A DNA stretch of 57,878 bases from an uncultured virus (IMG/VR IMGVR_UViG_3300034101_006118) (IMGVR_UViG_3300034101_006118), one strand, 5' to 3'. Counted from the stretch's first letter, positions 47,522 to 56,544 are shown. The notes: generated by a model not told the origin, from the sequence alone. Made by a program: numbers and translations.

Positions 47522-48178
47522 ATGGACAAACAATTAAAAAAACTTACTCTTTGCGGGGATGTTCATGGCAATATCCCCGCATATCTTGATCTTGTCAAAA
47601 ATTCAGATTATTCAATACAACTTGGCGATCTCGGCTTTATTTACAAGCCGATTATATTTAATGTTTCATCTGAATTTCACAAAATTGTAGCTGGAAATCA
47701 TGATAATTATACTATAGAGAAAGGTGTGTTCGTTGATCAAACATCACATTTTCTTGGTGATTTTGGTGTTCATGTTGTTCCTGAAATCGGCTCTTTCTTT
47801 TTCATTCGTGGAGGACAAAGCATCGACAGGGATCAAAGGCTTGTTGGGATAGATTGGTGGCATGAAGAGGAATTGAGCTACGAAAAATGTGTTCAGGCTT
47901 GCAATTATTACCAAGAAATCAAGCCAGAAATCGTAATATCTCATGAATGCCCAAAAGAAGTAATTCCTTATGTGTCTAAAATGGAGAGATATAACGGAAG
48001 GCCTATAAGGGAAAGCAGGACTTCTTTGATTTTGCAAAATATGATTGAAATCCATAGACCTAGGCATTGGTTTTTTGGTCATTATCATGTAAGTTGGTCT
48101 ATGATGATAGGTAGAACGCAATTTCGTTGCCTGAACGAGCTTGAAACATTTAACATATTTGAAGGCGGTCTTTCATGA
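47522..48178 (+). CDS. calcineurin-like metallophosphoesterase
   Basis: GDVHG, LGDLG, GNHD, SHECP, FGHYH. Confidence 0.9.
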   Translation: MDKQLKKLTLCGDVHGNIPAYLDLVKNSDYSIQLGDLGFIYKPIIFNVSSEFHKIVAGNHDNYTIEKGVFVDQTSHFLGDFGVHVVPEIGSFFFIRGGQSIDRDQRLVGIDWWHEEELSYEKCVQACNYYQEIKPEIVISHECPKEVIPYVSKMERYNGRPIRESRTSLILQNMIEIHRPRHWFFGHYHVSWSMMIGRTQFRCLNELETFNIFEGGLS

Positions 48179-48771
48179 ACTACTTGGTGTCAACATTTCT
48201 TGATGAAGAGAGTTGGGAAAAGTTTGGACTTAATTGGTTGAGAAGCGCCAAATCTGCTTCATTACAGGCTTTGATTATTGGCAAGAATTTGCCTGAAGTC
48301 GCACAACAGAAAATTAAAGAGTTGAATTACAAATTTGTTCCAGTCGAAAATAAATTCAAGACTGATTGTAATTTTCATTACACTCTTTCACGCAATCTTG
48401 AAAAAGGACAAAGATGTTTGTGGACAAGACCTGATTTGTTGCCAAAGGCAGGATTTGAAACCGATGCAGATGTTACATGCTCTTATTCTAATATAAATAT
48501 AAATGATTTGGTTTCTCCAGTCATCAATCTTTATGACAGAGCAGCCATGATCCAGTCTTTGCAACAGAATATTGAAAAAATACATGGAAAATATTTGTCG
48601 AGTAATTACATGCTCGGAACATCTGATTTTTGGAATGGTCTTTTTGGATGCAGGGCTTACTTATTTGAGAAAGGATATTTGCAAGGAAGTGGACACAGCG
48701 ATGATTTGGTATTAAACTTTTTCATAGTCTTTGCAAACTCTTTTTCTGTAGAAGTGAAAAACTATGCCTGA
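48175..48771 (+). CDS. hypothetical protein
   Basis: ATGA overlap; no motif. Confidence 0.65.
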   Translation: MNYLVSTFLDEESWEKFGLNWLRSAKSASLQALIIGKNLPEVAQQKIKELNYKFVPVENKFKTDCNFHYTLSRNLEKGQRCLWTRPDLLPKAGFETDADVTCSYSNININDLVSPVINLYDRAAMIQSLQQNIEKIHGKYLSSNYMLGTSDFWNGLFGCRAYLFEKGYLQGSGHSDDLVLNFFIVFANSFSVEVKNYA

Positions 48772-48883
48772 TTTCATACCAATGACACTATTTCATATTG
48801 GGTCTTTTGTTTTTTTTATGATTGCAATGACCTTTGTATGTCTTTTTTTTATGGTAATATCGGAGCCCAGTGATAAAGAATGA
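48764..48883 (+). CDS. 39-aa hydrophobic peptide
   Basis: Fills the gap, overlaps both neighbours, one TM segment. Confidence 0.45.
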   Translation: MPDFIPMTLFHIGSFVFFMIAMTFVCLFFMVISEPSDKE

Positions 48884-49311
48884 GCATTCTCTTATTTGTT
48901 TATGGAACTTTGAAAAATAATTTCTCTCGTTCCCTTGCAAATTTCAATCAGCACTATTTGGGAACAGCAAAGACAACACCAGAATACGCCATGTTTGCTC
49001 TCGGTGGTTATCCAGCCTTGCTAAATAAAAAGCTAGCAGTGCAAAATGATGTCGTTGCTGATAGGTCAATTTTTGGTGAAATATGGGAAATCGATGATGA
49101 GTGTGTCGTAAAATGTGATAAAATTGAAGGTGTTGATTTTGACCTCTTTGAAAGAAGCCGCATTGATATTGAGGAATTCACTTTGTTAAATTTGCCTCTT
49201 CATAAAAGTGTATGGCAAGATGTCGAACTTAAAAAATCTTGGGCTTATTTGTACAAAAAGCCGATTAGAGGTGCTGCAAACTGTGGCTCATATTGGCCTC
49301 GTCATGGATGA
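48880..49311 (+). CDS. gamma-glutamylcyclotransferase (AIG2-like)
   Basis: LFVYGTLK, GxYPAL, GEIW, DxIEG, AYLY. Confidence 0.88.
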   Translation: MSILLFVYGTLKNNFSRSLANFNQHYLGTAKTTPEYAMFALGGYPALLNKKLAVQNDVVADRSIFGEIWEIDDECVVKCDKIEGVDFDLFERSRIDIEEFTLLNLPLHKSVWQDVELKKSWAYLYKKPIRGAANCGSYWPRHG

Positions 49312-49336
49312 TTAAAATTTACGGAAATTAATTAAA

Positions 49337-49705
49337 ATGGTTATTTTTTTATCTTTTCTTGGCGGAATTTTATTTGCATCAACTATTTTCTTTTTGTACA
49401 GAATTTTTCTTGTTGGTCAAATTGAATCACTGCAAAATAAATCGGTTCTCGATGATCTTGAAATAGCTACCAAGGAGCAATTGCTCAAGGAATTCAGGAG
49501 CAGACCAAATAATTCATATATTCTTTTGATGCCTCTCAATAAAAAAGATGAAGCTGGCATGAATATTGAACTGAATTCATTCTCGCCATACGACAGCGTT
49601 AGTCTTTTGCATTTGGCAACTTGTCTTATATTCCGTGACATGAAAAATAGAGGAATGAGTGTGCCTGATTTGCCTCCAATTGATGAATATGACGATCAAT
49701 TATGA
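49337..49705 (+). CDS. membrane-anchored hypothetical protein
   Basis: N-terminal TM helix. Confidence 0.65.
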   Translation: MVIFLSFLGGILFASTIFFLYRIFLVGQIESLQNKSVLDDLEIATKEQLLKEFRSRPNNSYILLMPLNKKDEAGMNIELNSFSPYDSVSLLHLATCLIFRDMKNRGMSVPDLPPIDEYDDQL

Positions 49706-50844
49706 AAAAAAAAGCAAAAATATGTCTTAACACAATGGTCGCAAATGAATCTCATGTTATTTTGAGAATGTTGGAATCTTGTTGGAAATATATTGATTAT
49801 TGGATTATTCAGGACAACGGCTCCAAAGATGGAACTCAGCAACTTATCACTAATTTTTTTGCTGAAAAAGAAATCGAAGGATTTCTTTATGAAACTAATT
49901 GGCAATATCCCGGTATCAACAGAGATGATGCTTTGCAAAAATGTCTTGTCGCCAATCATGGTTGCGACTGGATTTTGAGAATAGATGCTGACGAATCAAT
50001 TCAAGTAAGCGATGATTTCGATTGGAGTCTTCTAGAAGATAATTCCATTCAAAGTTTTAACATTATGGCTTCTCAAGGAAATTGCATTTACCATAGGTGT
50101 TGGTTGTGGAATGCTAAACTGCCTTGGAAGTTCAAGCACGACAAAAGACATGAAATTATTTACCTAGATGGAGTTGGGGAAGGATTCCAAAGATATCCTA
50201 TGCCTGATGGATTTAGGCATGTTGTATTTGGTGATGGAAAATCTTGGTTCAATCCTACTAAGTTCTATGGCGATGCTCTTGAAATAGAAAAAGATTTGTT
50301 AACATCTGGCAAAATGAAATCTGACTTTTATCATTTGTTTTACATTGCCAAAAGCTATCGTGATGCAGTTCTCAGCACGGATTCAAATTGGCCTTTTGGT
50401 GTGATCCATAGGGATGAATGCACAAGAAGAGCAATTTTCTTCTTTGAAAGATACCTTGATACTGCTCATGATTATGGAAAAAACAAAGATCCTAAATATA
50501 TTGATGAAATGGGTTACATATCATTAATTTCAATTTCAGAATGTTATAGATTGATGGGCCAACACGAAAAATCACTCAATTGTCTCAGTGAAGCCGAAAA
50601 ATTCTGCCCTGAGAGAAATGAACATTTATTGGAAATGGCTCATGTTTTTCTTGATATTGGTGAAAATCTAGATGCTTTAAGAGTTTTGATAAGAGCTTCT
50701 TCTCCTGAGAGAAAAAATCCTTTCCCTAATTATACTTTATTTTTGAATAATGACGCTTATTGCGACACAGGAGACTACATCCATCATCTTTGCCAAGAAA
50801 TTCATCAGATTATTGTTGAAAAATCTTTGATAATTCAACAATAG
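49702..50844 (+). CDS. glycosyltransferase family 2 with TPR-like C-terminus
   Basis: ICLNxMVxNE, QDNGSxDGT, IDADE, HE, FYIAKSYRD, PERxE. Confidence 0.85.
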   Translation: MKKKAKICLNTMVANESHVILRMLESCWKYIDYWIIQDNGSKDGTQQLITNFFAEKEIEGFLYETNWQYPGINRDDALQKCLVANHGCDWILRIDADESIQVSDDFDWSLLEDNSIQSFNIMASQGNCIYHRCWLWNAKLPWKFKHDKRHEIIYLDGVGEGFQRYPMPDGFRHVVFGDGKSWFNPTKFYGDALEIEKDLLTSGKMKSDFYHLFYIAKSYRDAVLSTDSNWPFGVIHRDECTRRAIFFFERYLDTAHDYGKNKDPKYIDEMGYISLISISECYRLMGQHEKSLNCLSEAEKFCPERNEHLLEMAHVFLDIGENLDALRVLIRASSPERKNPFPNYTLFLNNDAYCDTGDYIHHLCQEIHQIIVEKSLIIQQ

Positions 50845-51286
50845 TTTCATCGGCATTCTTGTGTCTAATCGCTTTGCCGCCCATTTCTTTCCATTCTTTG
50901 ATATTAATGTCAAGATCATCAATTAAAATGTTGTTTTCGCAGGAGTATTTCTTTTTCTTATCACTATGAGAAACGCACAATATTCTTGATGATGGGATGC
51001 CAAGATTGTTTTTGCACCATATTTTTTTACCTCTGGCAGCAGCACGATATCCAGAACAAGATGTTAGGATAAATGGATTGTATTTTTTGATATGGTCCCA
51101 TAAAGTCGTGCAATCTTCTGTTCTAGGTAGATTTGCCCAGAAATCACAGTTTTCCTTTTCGCTAAGACTTTCCATGTGTTCGTAAAATTTGATACTGAAA
51201 ATTGGCAAAATGTCATATCCGTATAAATCATTCATATGTTTTTGTAAATCAACTAAAACTCCATCTAAGTCGCAAAAAATAACCAT
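50810..51286 (-). CDS. HAD-family 5'(3')-deoxyribonucleotidase-like protein
   Basis: FCDLDGVLVD, ILTS, GKxxW, LIDD..NIxEW..GG. Confidence 0.85.
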   Translation of the reverse strand: MVIFCDLDGVLVDLQKHMNDLYGYDILPIFSIKFYEHMESLSEKENCDFWANLPRTEDCTTLWDHIKKYNPFILTSCSGYRAAARGKKIWCKNNLGIPSSRILCVSHSDKKKKYSCENNILIDDLDINIKEWKEMGGKAIRHKNADETIVELSKIFQQ

Positions 51287-51399
51287 GTGTTTTTCCCTCG
51301 TTGCTCAATATTAACTTAAAACTGTTTGAAATGCTAGTTTACTATTTTTTCAAAACGCTGTATATTGAACCCACTAGATGACAGAAACGCCATGATGGC

Positions 51400-51687
51400 A
51401 TGAGGAATCAGATGAAAAATCTTATGGGAAAAAACCAAACCTTGCAGCTATACAAGGTGATAGCATCTTATGATAAAGATATAGACGATTGGTTTGTCGA
51501 AAGATTAGAAGCTACAGATACTTTTTTTGAAATCAAAGTTCCTAGCCAAGAGGAAATTTGCAAAAAAGTTGGAGTGAATAGGAAAAGGCACATAGCATTA
51601 GTTAGTAAGAATGATGTTTTCATTTGTGAAAAGTCAACCAATCGTCCAGTGGCATACATGAAAAAGGCAACCAAAGTTGATGATTAG
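51400..51687 (+). CDS. hypothetical protein
   Basis: ORF tiling. Confidence 0.6.
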   Translation: MRNQMKNLMGKNQTLQLYKVIASYDKDIDDWFVERLEATDTFFEIKVPSQEEICKKVGVNRKRHIALVSKNDVFICEKSTNRPVAYMKKATKVDD

Positions 51688-51694
51688 CCGGGAT

Positions 51695-51991
51695 TCACGG
51701 ATTAGTTTTATTTTCTTGCACTAATTCAAGAACCTTTGGCTTTTGGCCGATATATGTTTCATAACATTGAATGGCTTTTGTGCCATACAGAGTAAATGTA
51801 TCTCCATATTTTAACGGTTTGTTCCAGTATGGAATAATAACTTGGACGCTTTTAAGTCCAAGTATTATATTTTCCATGCTGTTTGGCAATGTCTGACTTG
51901 CAAGTTCAACAGGATCAATTGGATTGACCCTGAATGTGTACTTGGGTTCTAACTTCATGTTTTTTGGTTTGCCCACGATTTCTCCTTTCAA
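51695..51991 (-). CDS. small protein homologous to C-terminal domain of 30278..31312
   Basis: TFR..ENII..LK..P.W..LKxGDTFTLxG shared. Confidence 0.7.
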   Translation of the reverse strand: MKGEIVGKPKNMKLEPKYTFRVNPIDPVELASQTLPNSMENIILGLKSVQVIIPYWNKPLKYGDTFTLYGTKAIQCYETYIGQKPKVLELVQENKTNP

Positions 51992-52020
51992 TATTTAAGT
52001 TAAAAAAATCAAATATTGAT

Positions 52021-52049
52021 TTGACATGATCAATTTATGGAAATATTCT
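52021..52049 (+). promoter_or_regulatory. sigma70-like promoter
   Basis: TTGACA-17bp-TATTCT. Confidence 0.6.
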
Positions 52050-52059
52050 TAATATAAAT

Positions 52060-52076
52060 CTGTCATCAAATGACGG
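52060..52076 (+). promoter_or_regulatory. conserved leader hairpin copy 7 (CTGTCA-TCAAA-TGACGG)
   Basis: U-G pair on sense strand; between promoter and GGAGG SD. Confidence 0.7.
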
Positions 52077-52103
52077 ATATTCGTTTAAGAATCGGAGGTC
52101 GAT

Positions 52104-53018
52104 ATGAGCGAGAAAAAGACTGATTCAGTAATTAAATTTTTTTCTGATGAAAATTCTTTCTCAAATCTAAAAATGAGGGTAGCTATACTTGGAAAGATGC
52201 CTGATTTTGTTTCTTTTCAAAAAGGCATTCAAAAAATTGAAAAGATCAAGATGGAAAAGATAAATCCTGAAATGATGCCTTGTTACAAATCTCCTCTTTT
52301 GACTAAGGAACAAGAGGTTCATTTATTCAGAAAGTTTAATTATCTCAAATATAAAGCCAATAGTCTTTATGGAATTGAAAAAGAATCCAAATTCTTTGAT
52401 GTAAAGAAGAAATTAGCGGATCACATCTATAAAAAAGCCATCCAAACCAGAAACTTGATTGCTGAAAGTAATTTCAGGCTGGCTACTCAAATCATGAAAC
52501 ACAAGAAGGGCAATCAAGACTCCAACACAGAATCCGTATTGAGCGATGCTTACTGGGATGTACTCAAAGCGGTAGAATATTTCAACTGGACATTGGGACT
52601 CAGATTCAGCACTTATGCTACATGGGTAGTTAAGAAGAACTATTTTAGAGAAGCCAAGAACAAACAGACCAACTCGGAAAAGTTGACATTTCTTGATGAT
52701 TCAAGAGCCGAAAATATTGAAGATCGAAATGGAATTAGTTCAGAAGAAAAAAATCAAGAAGCTAGGCAATATATGGTCAATAAGCTTATAAACTTATTGA
52801 TTAAAGAAAATATAGGAACAGATAGGGCTAGGCAAGCTTATGTGCTTGAAAACTACTTTGGTGTCAACGGAAGAAAAAAGCTCACCCTTGAGCAGATTAG
52901 CGCACAGATTGGCGTAACAAAAGAAAGAGTGCGTCAATTGAAGGAAAAAGGATTGCAGTGGATAAGGCAAAAGGTAAACGATCTTAATCTTAACATGGAA
53001 GATGCTAGTTACTTTTGA
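52104..53018 (+). CDS. RNA polymerase sigma-70 family factor (RpoD/RpoS-like)
   Basis: PLLTxEQEVHLFRKFNYLKYKA, ESNFRL, GLRFSTYATW, TLEQI..GVTKERVRQ. Confidence 0.92.
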   Translation: MSEKKTDSVIKFFSDENSFSNLKMRVAILGKMPDFVSFQKGIQKIEKIKMEKINPEMMPCYKSPLLTKEQEVHLFRKFNYLKYKANSLYGIEKESKFFDVKKKLADHIYKKAIQTRNLIAESNFRLATQIMKHKKGNQDSNTESVLSDAYWDVLKAVEYFNWTLGLRFSTYATWVVKKNYFREAKNKQTNSEKLTFLDDSRAENIEDRNGISSEEKNQEARQYMVNKLINLLIKENIGTDRARQAYVLENYFGVNGRKKLTLEQISAQIGVTKERVRQLKEKGLQWIRQKVNDLNLNMEDASYF

Positions 53019-53716
53019 AAAACAACATCCAAAAACTTGATGTTATAATTCTTTCTTATACGAAAGATTTGTGTTACTATGGAATAACACAAAGATGCAT
53101 ATCATCTTTGTTTAGAAATAATATAAATTTATCATTGAATGTTATAGTTGTAGAAACAAATAGTAATTTAGAAAATGAATATTTGTTTTATAACGGATGT
53201 AAGGTTGTTTTACCTTGCGAAGAATTTAATTACAATAAATTTATGAATATAGGACTTCAATATTGTAATTCAGAATTTGTTATGATGTGTAATAATGATT
53301 TGATATTTGGACACAATTCGGCAGAAAACCTTTTACAAACTATGATAAGCAATGACATGAAAAGCGCATGTCCTCTTGAGCCAAACTGGCATAAAACAAA
53401 ACTGAGCGAAGTGGAATATCAGTCGCCAATTTTGGAAGGATATGAGGTTGAAAAACATATTGTTGGTTGGTGTATTTGCGCTGATAGAAAGATGTTGTGT
53501 GATAATCAAATTTTGGATGAAAAGTTTTCTTTTTGGTATCAAGATAATGATTATGCCAATACATTGAAGAAATTAAACATAAAGCACTTTCTTGTAAAAT
53601 CCAGTCATGTCTATCATGAATTTAGCATTTCGCACAAACTACTAGGAAACAGAGCGCACGAATTAACACATGGCTTAAAAAGCGTTTACGAAGAAAAGTG
53701 GCAAGGCAACTATTGA
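53015..53716 (+). CDS. glycosyltransferase family 2
   Basis: DVIILS, FNYNKFMNxG, CNNDL, LDExFxFWYQDND, VYH. Confidence 0.82.
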   Translation: MKNNIQKLDVIILSYTKDLCYYGITQRCISSLFRNNINLSLNVIVVETNSNLENEYLFYNGCKVVLPCEEFNYNKFMNIGLQYCNSEFVMMCNNDLIFGHNSAENLLQTMISNDMKSACPLEPNWHKTKLSEVEYQSPILEGYEVEKHIVGWCICADRKMLCDNQILDEKFSFWYQDNDYANTLKKLNIKHFLVKSSHVYHEFSISHKLLGNRAHELTHGLKSVYEEKWQGNY

Positions 53717-53755
53717 CAATTTATTTTGAAATGAGACAATGAGTTTCTAGTAGTT

Positions 53756-54334
53756 TTGTTGAATATGCAAGGAAGTAATATGTTACAAGATGGACTTTCT
53801 GCTTGTAAATCATGGAAGGGCAAAGCCCTTCTTGTTAACGATTTTTATCAGTCTAGGAGAATTGATAGTTCACTTGAGCCAATGTGGATTCATGGAGCAT
53901 ATGAAATTGTTAAAAATTATATTGATGATACTTTGCAAAAGGATCAAATTAAATTTTTCTATGATATCATTAGAAGTCATGAGTTGCCTGATGGATTTGA
54001 AGTCCCATCCATGCCCAATGTTCCAAGTAGCCCAATTAGGATTATGCACGAAGGCTGGAAGATAGGTAGTCCAACTTGGATATTTATGGGTCGTAACCAA
54101 CCGGGAGCAGCAGTCCATGTTAATGGAGATTGGATCGCAGTAAAAAGAACAATTCCTGCCGAAATGTACAAATTTTTCGATCCTCAACTCCCAGATTCTA
54201 TTTGGATGGCTTACAGCACTAAAAATCAAATGGCGAGTATGAATTCTTCTCAAGATGATGGTGGAATAGGTCCGGCCATGGATTTTGAAGACCTAGTTGA
54301 AGCAATTGAAAAGAAGATTGCACAGAAAGTTTGA
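53756..54334 (+). CDS. hypothetical protein
   Basis: Long ORF after TTGACA (53713) promoter-like element. Confidence 0.65.
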   Translation: MLNMQGSNMLQDGLSACKSWKGKALLVNDFYQSRRIDSSLEPMWIHGAYEIVKNYIDDTLQKDQIKFFYDIIRSHELPDGFEVPSMPNVPSSPIRIMHEGWKIGSPTWIFMGRNQPGAAVHVNGDWIAVKRTIPAEMYKFFDPQLPDSIWMAYSTKNQMASMNSSQDDGGIGPAMDFEDLVEAIEKKIAQKV

Positions 54335-54375
54335 TTTTAGAAATCATTAAAATTAGGATTATTCTTATCAAAATG

Positions 54376-54405
54376 ATAAGCCCCTTGTTGAAAAAAGGGG
54401 CTTAT
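54376..54405. terminator. bidirectional terminator-like hairpin
   Basis: ATAAGCCCCTT / AAGGGGCTTAT between convergent genes. Confidence 0.75.
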
Positions 54406-54429
54406 TTGAATTTTTACTTATATGTAAGA

Positions 54430-55506
54430 TCAATCAAGGTTTGTAATAATACCATCTGTTGCGCCAACAATTGCCTTCAATGTTAATGCGTTTGTGGTGT
54501 CTTTGATAGCTCTAACAGATCCGTCACACATGACTGCATTAGCAACGCCACTGTGGAAACTAAAAGGTTCATCGTTAGGACCACAGTTGTTTACGCTCCA
54601 AGGACAGCTAGAAGGACCGCCAATTGGTGTTTGATTATTGTTAATTCTAGCCGTTTTATCAGAAGTGCTATTACTCGGACCAGACAAGCCGTTTCCGCTC
54701 GCATCGGGGTCAGCCCACGCATAAACACGACGAGCAGTTGTTAGGCTTAAATCACCAATTACGGGATGACCGGGAGCAGATACAGGTGAACTTCTTGCAG
54801 AACCAGCACCGAACATAGTCATTGTTGGATGCGCTCTACCAGCATCTTCAATTACAAGCAAAGTATTGCTTGTTCCATCTAAAATACTTGTAATAGTAGA
54901 TCCTTGAGCAGTTAAAGGTCCATAATATTTTCCTTTATAGCTAGCAGAACCAGTTCCAGATACTCTTGAATTTGTGCCTTCATCAATATCGCTAACACAA
55001 GCAACCATATAGTCAATAACACCAAGATTTTCACCATTTGATCGAGCAGTAGATCCAAGTGGTGTAGAAGGACAAACAAATGTCTTTACTTGTGTTTGAG
55101 AGGCAGTCCAACCGCTAGGATAAGCTGGATCATCATAATCTCTTCCTTTTGCCAATGCGTGTAAAAGCGTTGTGTTGTATCCAGTCCAGTTTGTGTTCGT
55201 GTGATCAAACATTTTATATGTTGATTCTTGTTCGATGTAAGGAAGAATTTGCGTACACCAAGAATGAATCATATAAGTAGTAGTATTAGATCCAGTGCTA
55301 TCAATTTGACCGGGATGAGGCAACTTGCTATATCCTGATTCAAATGCGTGAAATCCTAGACCAATTTGTTTCAAGTTGTTAGTGCAACTCATGCGATTAG
55401 CTGCTTCACGAACCTTTTGTACTGCTGGGACAAGAAGTCCGATAAGCACAGCAATGATGGCAATAACAACTAACAATTCAATCAATGTAAAACCCTTGCG
55501 CTTCAT
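54430..55506 (-). CDS. DUF1559 prepilin-type N-terminal cleavage/methylation protein with H-X9-DG motif
   Basis: KRKG/FTLIELLVVIAIIAVLIGLLVPAVQKVREAA..CxNNLKQIGL, ILPYIEQ, DGTSNT, SFHSGVANAVMCDGSV. Confidence 0.95.
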   Translation of the reverse strand: MKRKGFTLIELLVVIAIIAVLIGLLVPAVQKVREAANRMSCTNNLKQIGLGFHAFESGYSKLPHPGQIDSTGSNTTTYMIHSWCTQILPYIEQESTYKMFDHTNTNWTGYNTTLLHALAKGRDYDDPAYPSGWTASQTQVKTFVCPSTPLGSTARSNGENLGVIDYMVACVSDIDEGTNSRVSGTGSASYKGKYYGPLTAQGSTITSILDGTSNTLLVIEDAGRAHPTMTMFGAGSARSSPVSAPGHPVIGDLSLTTARRVYAWADPDASGNGLSGPSNSTSDKTARINNNQTPIGGPSSCPWSVNNCGPNDEPFSFHSGVANAVMCDGSVRAIKDTTNALTLKAIVGATDGIITNLD

Positions 55507-55521
55507 TTTCTATTTCTCCTC

Positions 55522-55538
55522 CCGCCATATAATGACGG
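55522..55538 (-). promoter_or_regulatory. conserved leader hairpin copy 8 (CCGTCA-TTATA-TGGCGG)
   Basis: U-G pair only on the sense (minus) strand; abuts GAGGAG SD. Confidence 0.7.
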
Positions 55539-55699
55539 ATTTTTCCCAATAAAGTAACGATGATATAGTAGCCAATAAAAATATAGGATTAAAAGTGTTT
55601 TCGGAGAATAAAAATTGAAGATTTGATGAAGAAAATTTTTCCAAAATAACACTTTGTTTCAATTAAAATGTTTGCTAAAATTAAAATGAAAGAAAAATA

Positions 55700-56194
55700 T
55701 TGTCGATGAGGTGTTTTCAAATGAAAGTGAAATTTTTCAAAAATATACTTCGCAATGGCGGTAAAGTTAGCTTTTTATTGCCAGAAAAAAAGTATTTTCC
55801 CGGTCATTTCCATGTGACTGAAGTCGCAAAAGTGACAAAAAATTGCATTGATTGCGGCGGAGAATCAAGGCAATTTAATTTTGTAACATTGCAGCTATGG
55901 CTTGGAGATGATTTTGATCATAGGATTAATTCCCAAACCATGAAAAATATCATGGAAAATATTGAATCTTGTTGTGATGAATGGGACATAAAAGTTGAAC
56001 TAGACAGCGGAACAACTGGTTTATACGATATAGAGGAGGTTATCCTTTACTCAAACCAAATTAACAACTCTAATAAAACTGGTTACGACAACGAGAACAT
56101 TACTTTTCAACTAGAAAGAACTTATACCAACTGTCTTGCTCCACAAAAGTGTGGCTTGAAAGACCAAAGAGAATGCAGCGATTCTTGCTTCTGA
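55700..56194 (+). CDS. DUF6428-like protein
   Basis: PxHFHVTEV..IDCGG..LQLW, TxCLAPxKC; true start probably ATG 55721. Confidence 0.75.
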   Translation: MSMRCFQMKVKFFKNILRNGGKVSFLLPEKKYFPGHFHVTEVAKVTKNCIDCGGESRQFNFVTLQLWLGDDFDHRINSQTMKNIMENIESCCDEWDIKVELDSGTTGLYDIEEVILYSNQINNSNKTGYDNENITFQLERTYTNCLAPQKCGLKDQRECSDSCF

Positions 56195-56219
56195 AAAGAA
56201 TACTGCTAGGGAGTGAAAA

Positions 56220-56477
56220 ATGCTTGATGCCATCATGCCAGTTGTGCAACCAGAAATTTGCTTTTCAATCGAAGATGAATGCAAAGATTTTTCAGACGCT
56301 GATACAGTTAAAAGACTTTATAAAAAAGTCAAAGATGAAAATCCAATTGTTGCCATGTGGATAAAGAATTGGGCAAAGCAAACCAAGGATCGAATTGGTT
56401 CTATGGCATGCGCTTTGATTACCTATCGTCTCATTCAAAGCCAAATTGAAGCAGACATCATGAATAGCAACTACTAA
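56220..56477 (+). CDS. hypothetical protein
   Basis: GGGAG SD. Confidence 0.6.
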   Translation: MLDAIMPVVQPEICFSIEDECKDFSDADTVKRLYKKVKDENPIVAMWIKNWAKQTKDRIGSMACALITYRLIQSQIEADIMNSNY

Positions 56478-56544
56478 AATTCTTGGTTATCGATACATTT
56501 TTGATCTGTTTATACATATCTAAATGTGTCAATAACCAAGGAGC

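Noticed and set aside
54521..54536. CCGTCA-CACA-TGACTG resembling the leader element
   Set aside because: Lies within the H-X9-DG coding motif, has a 4-nt spacer and is explained by protein constraint
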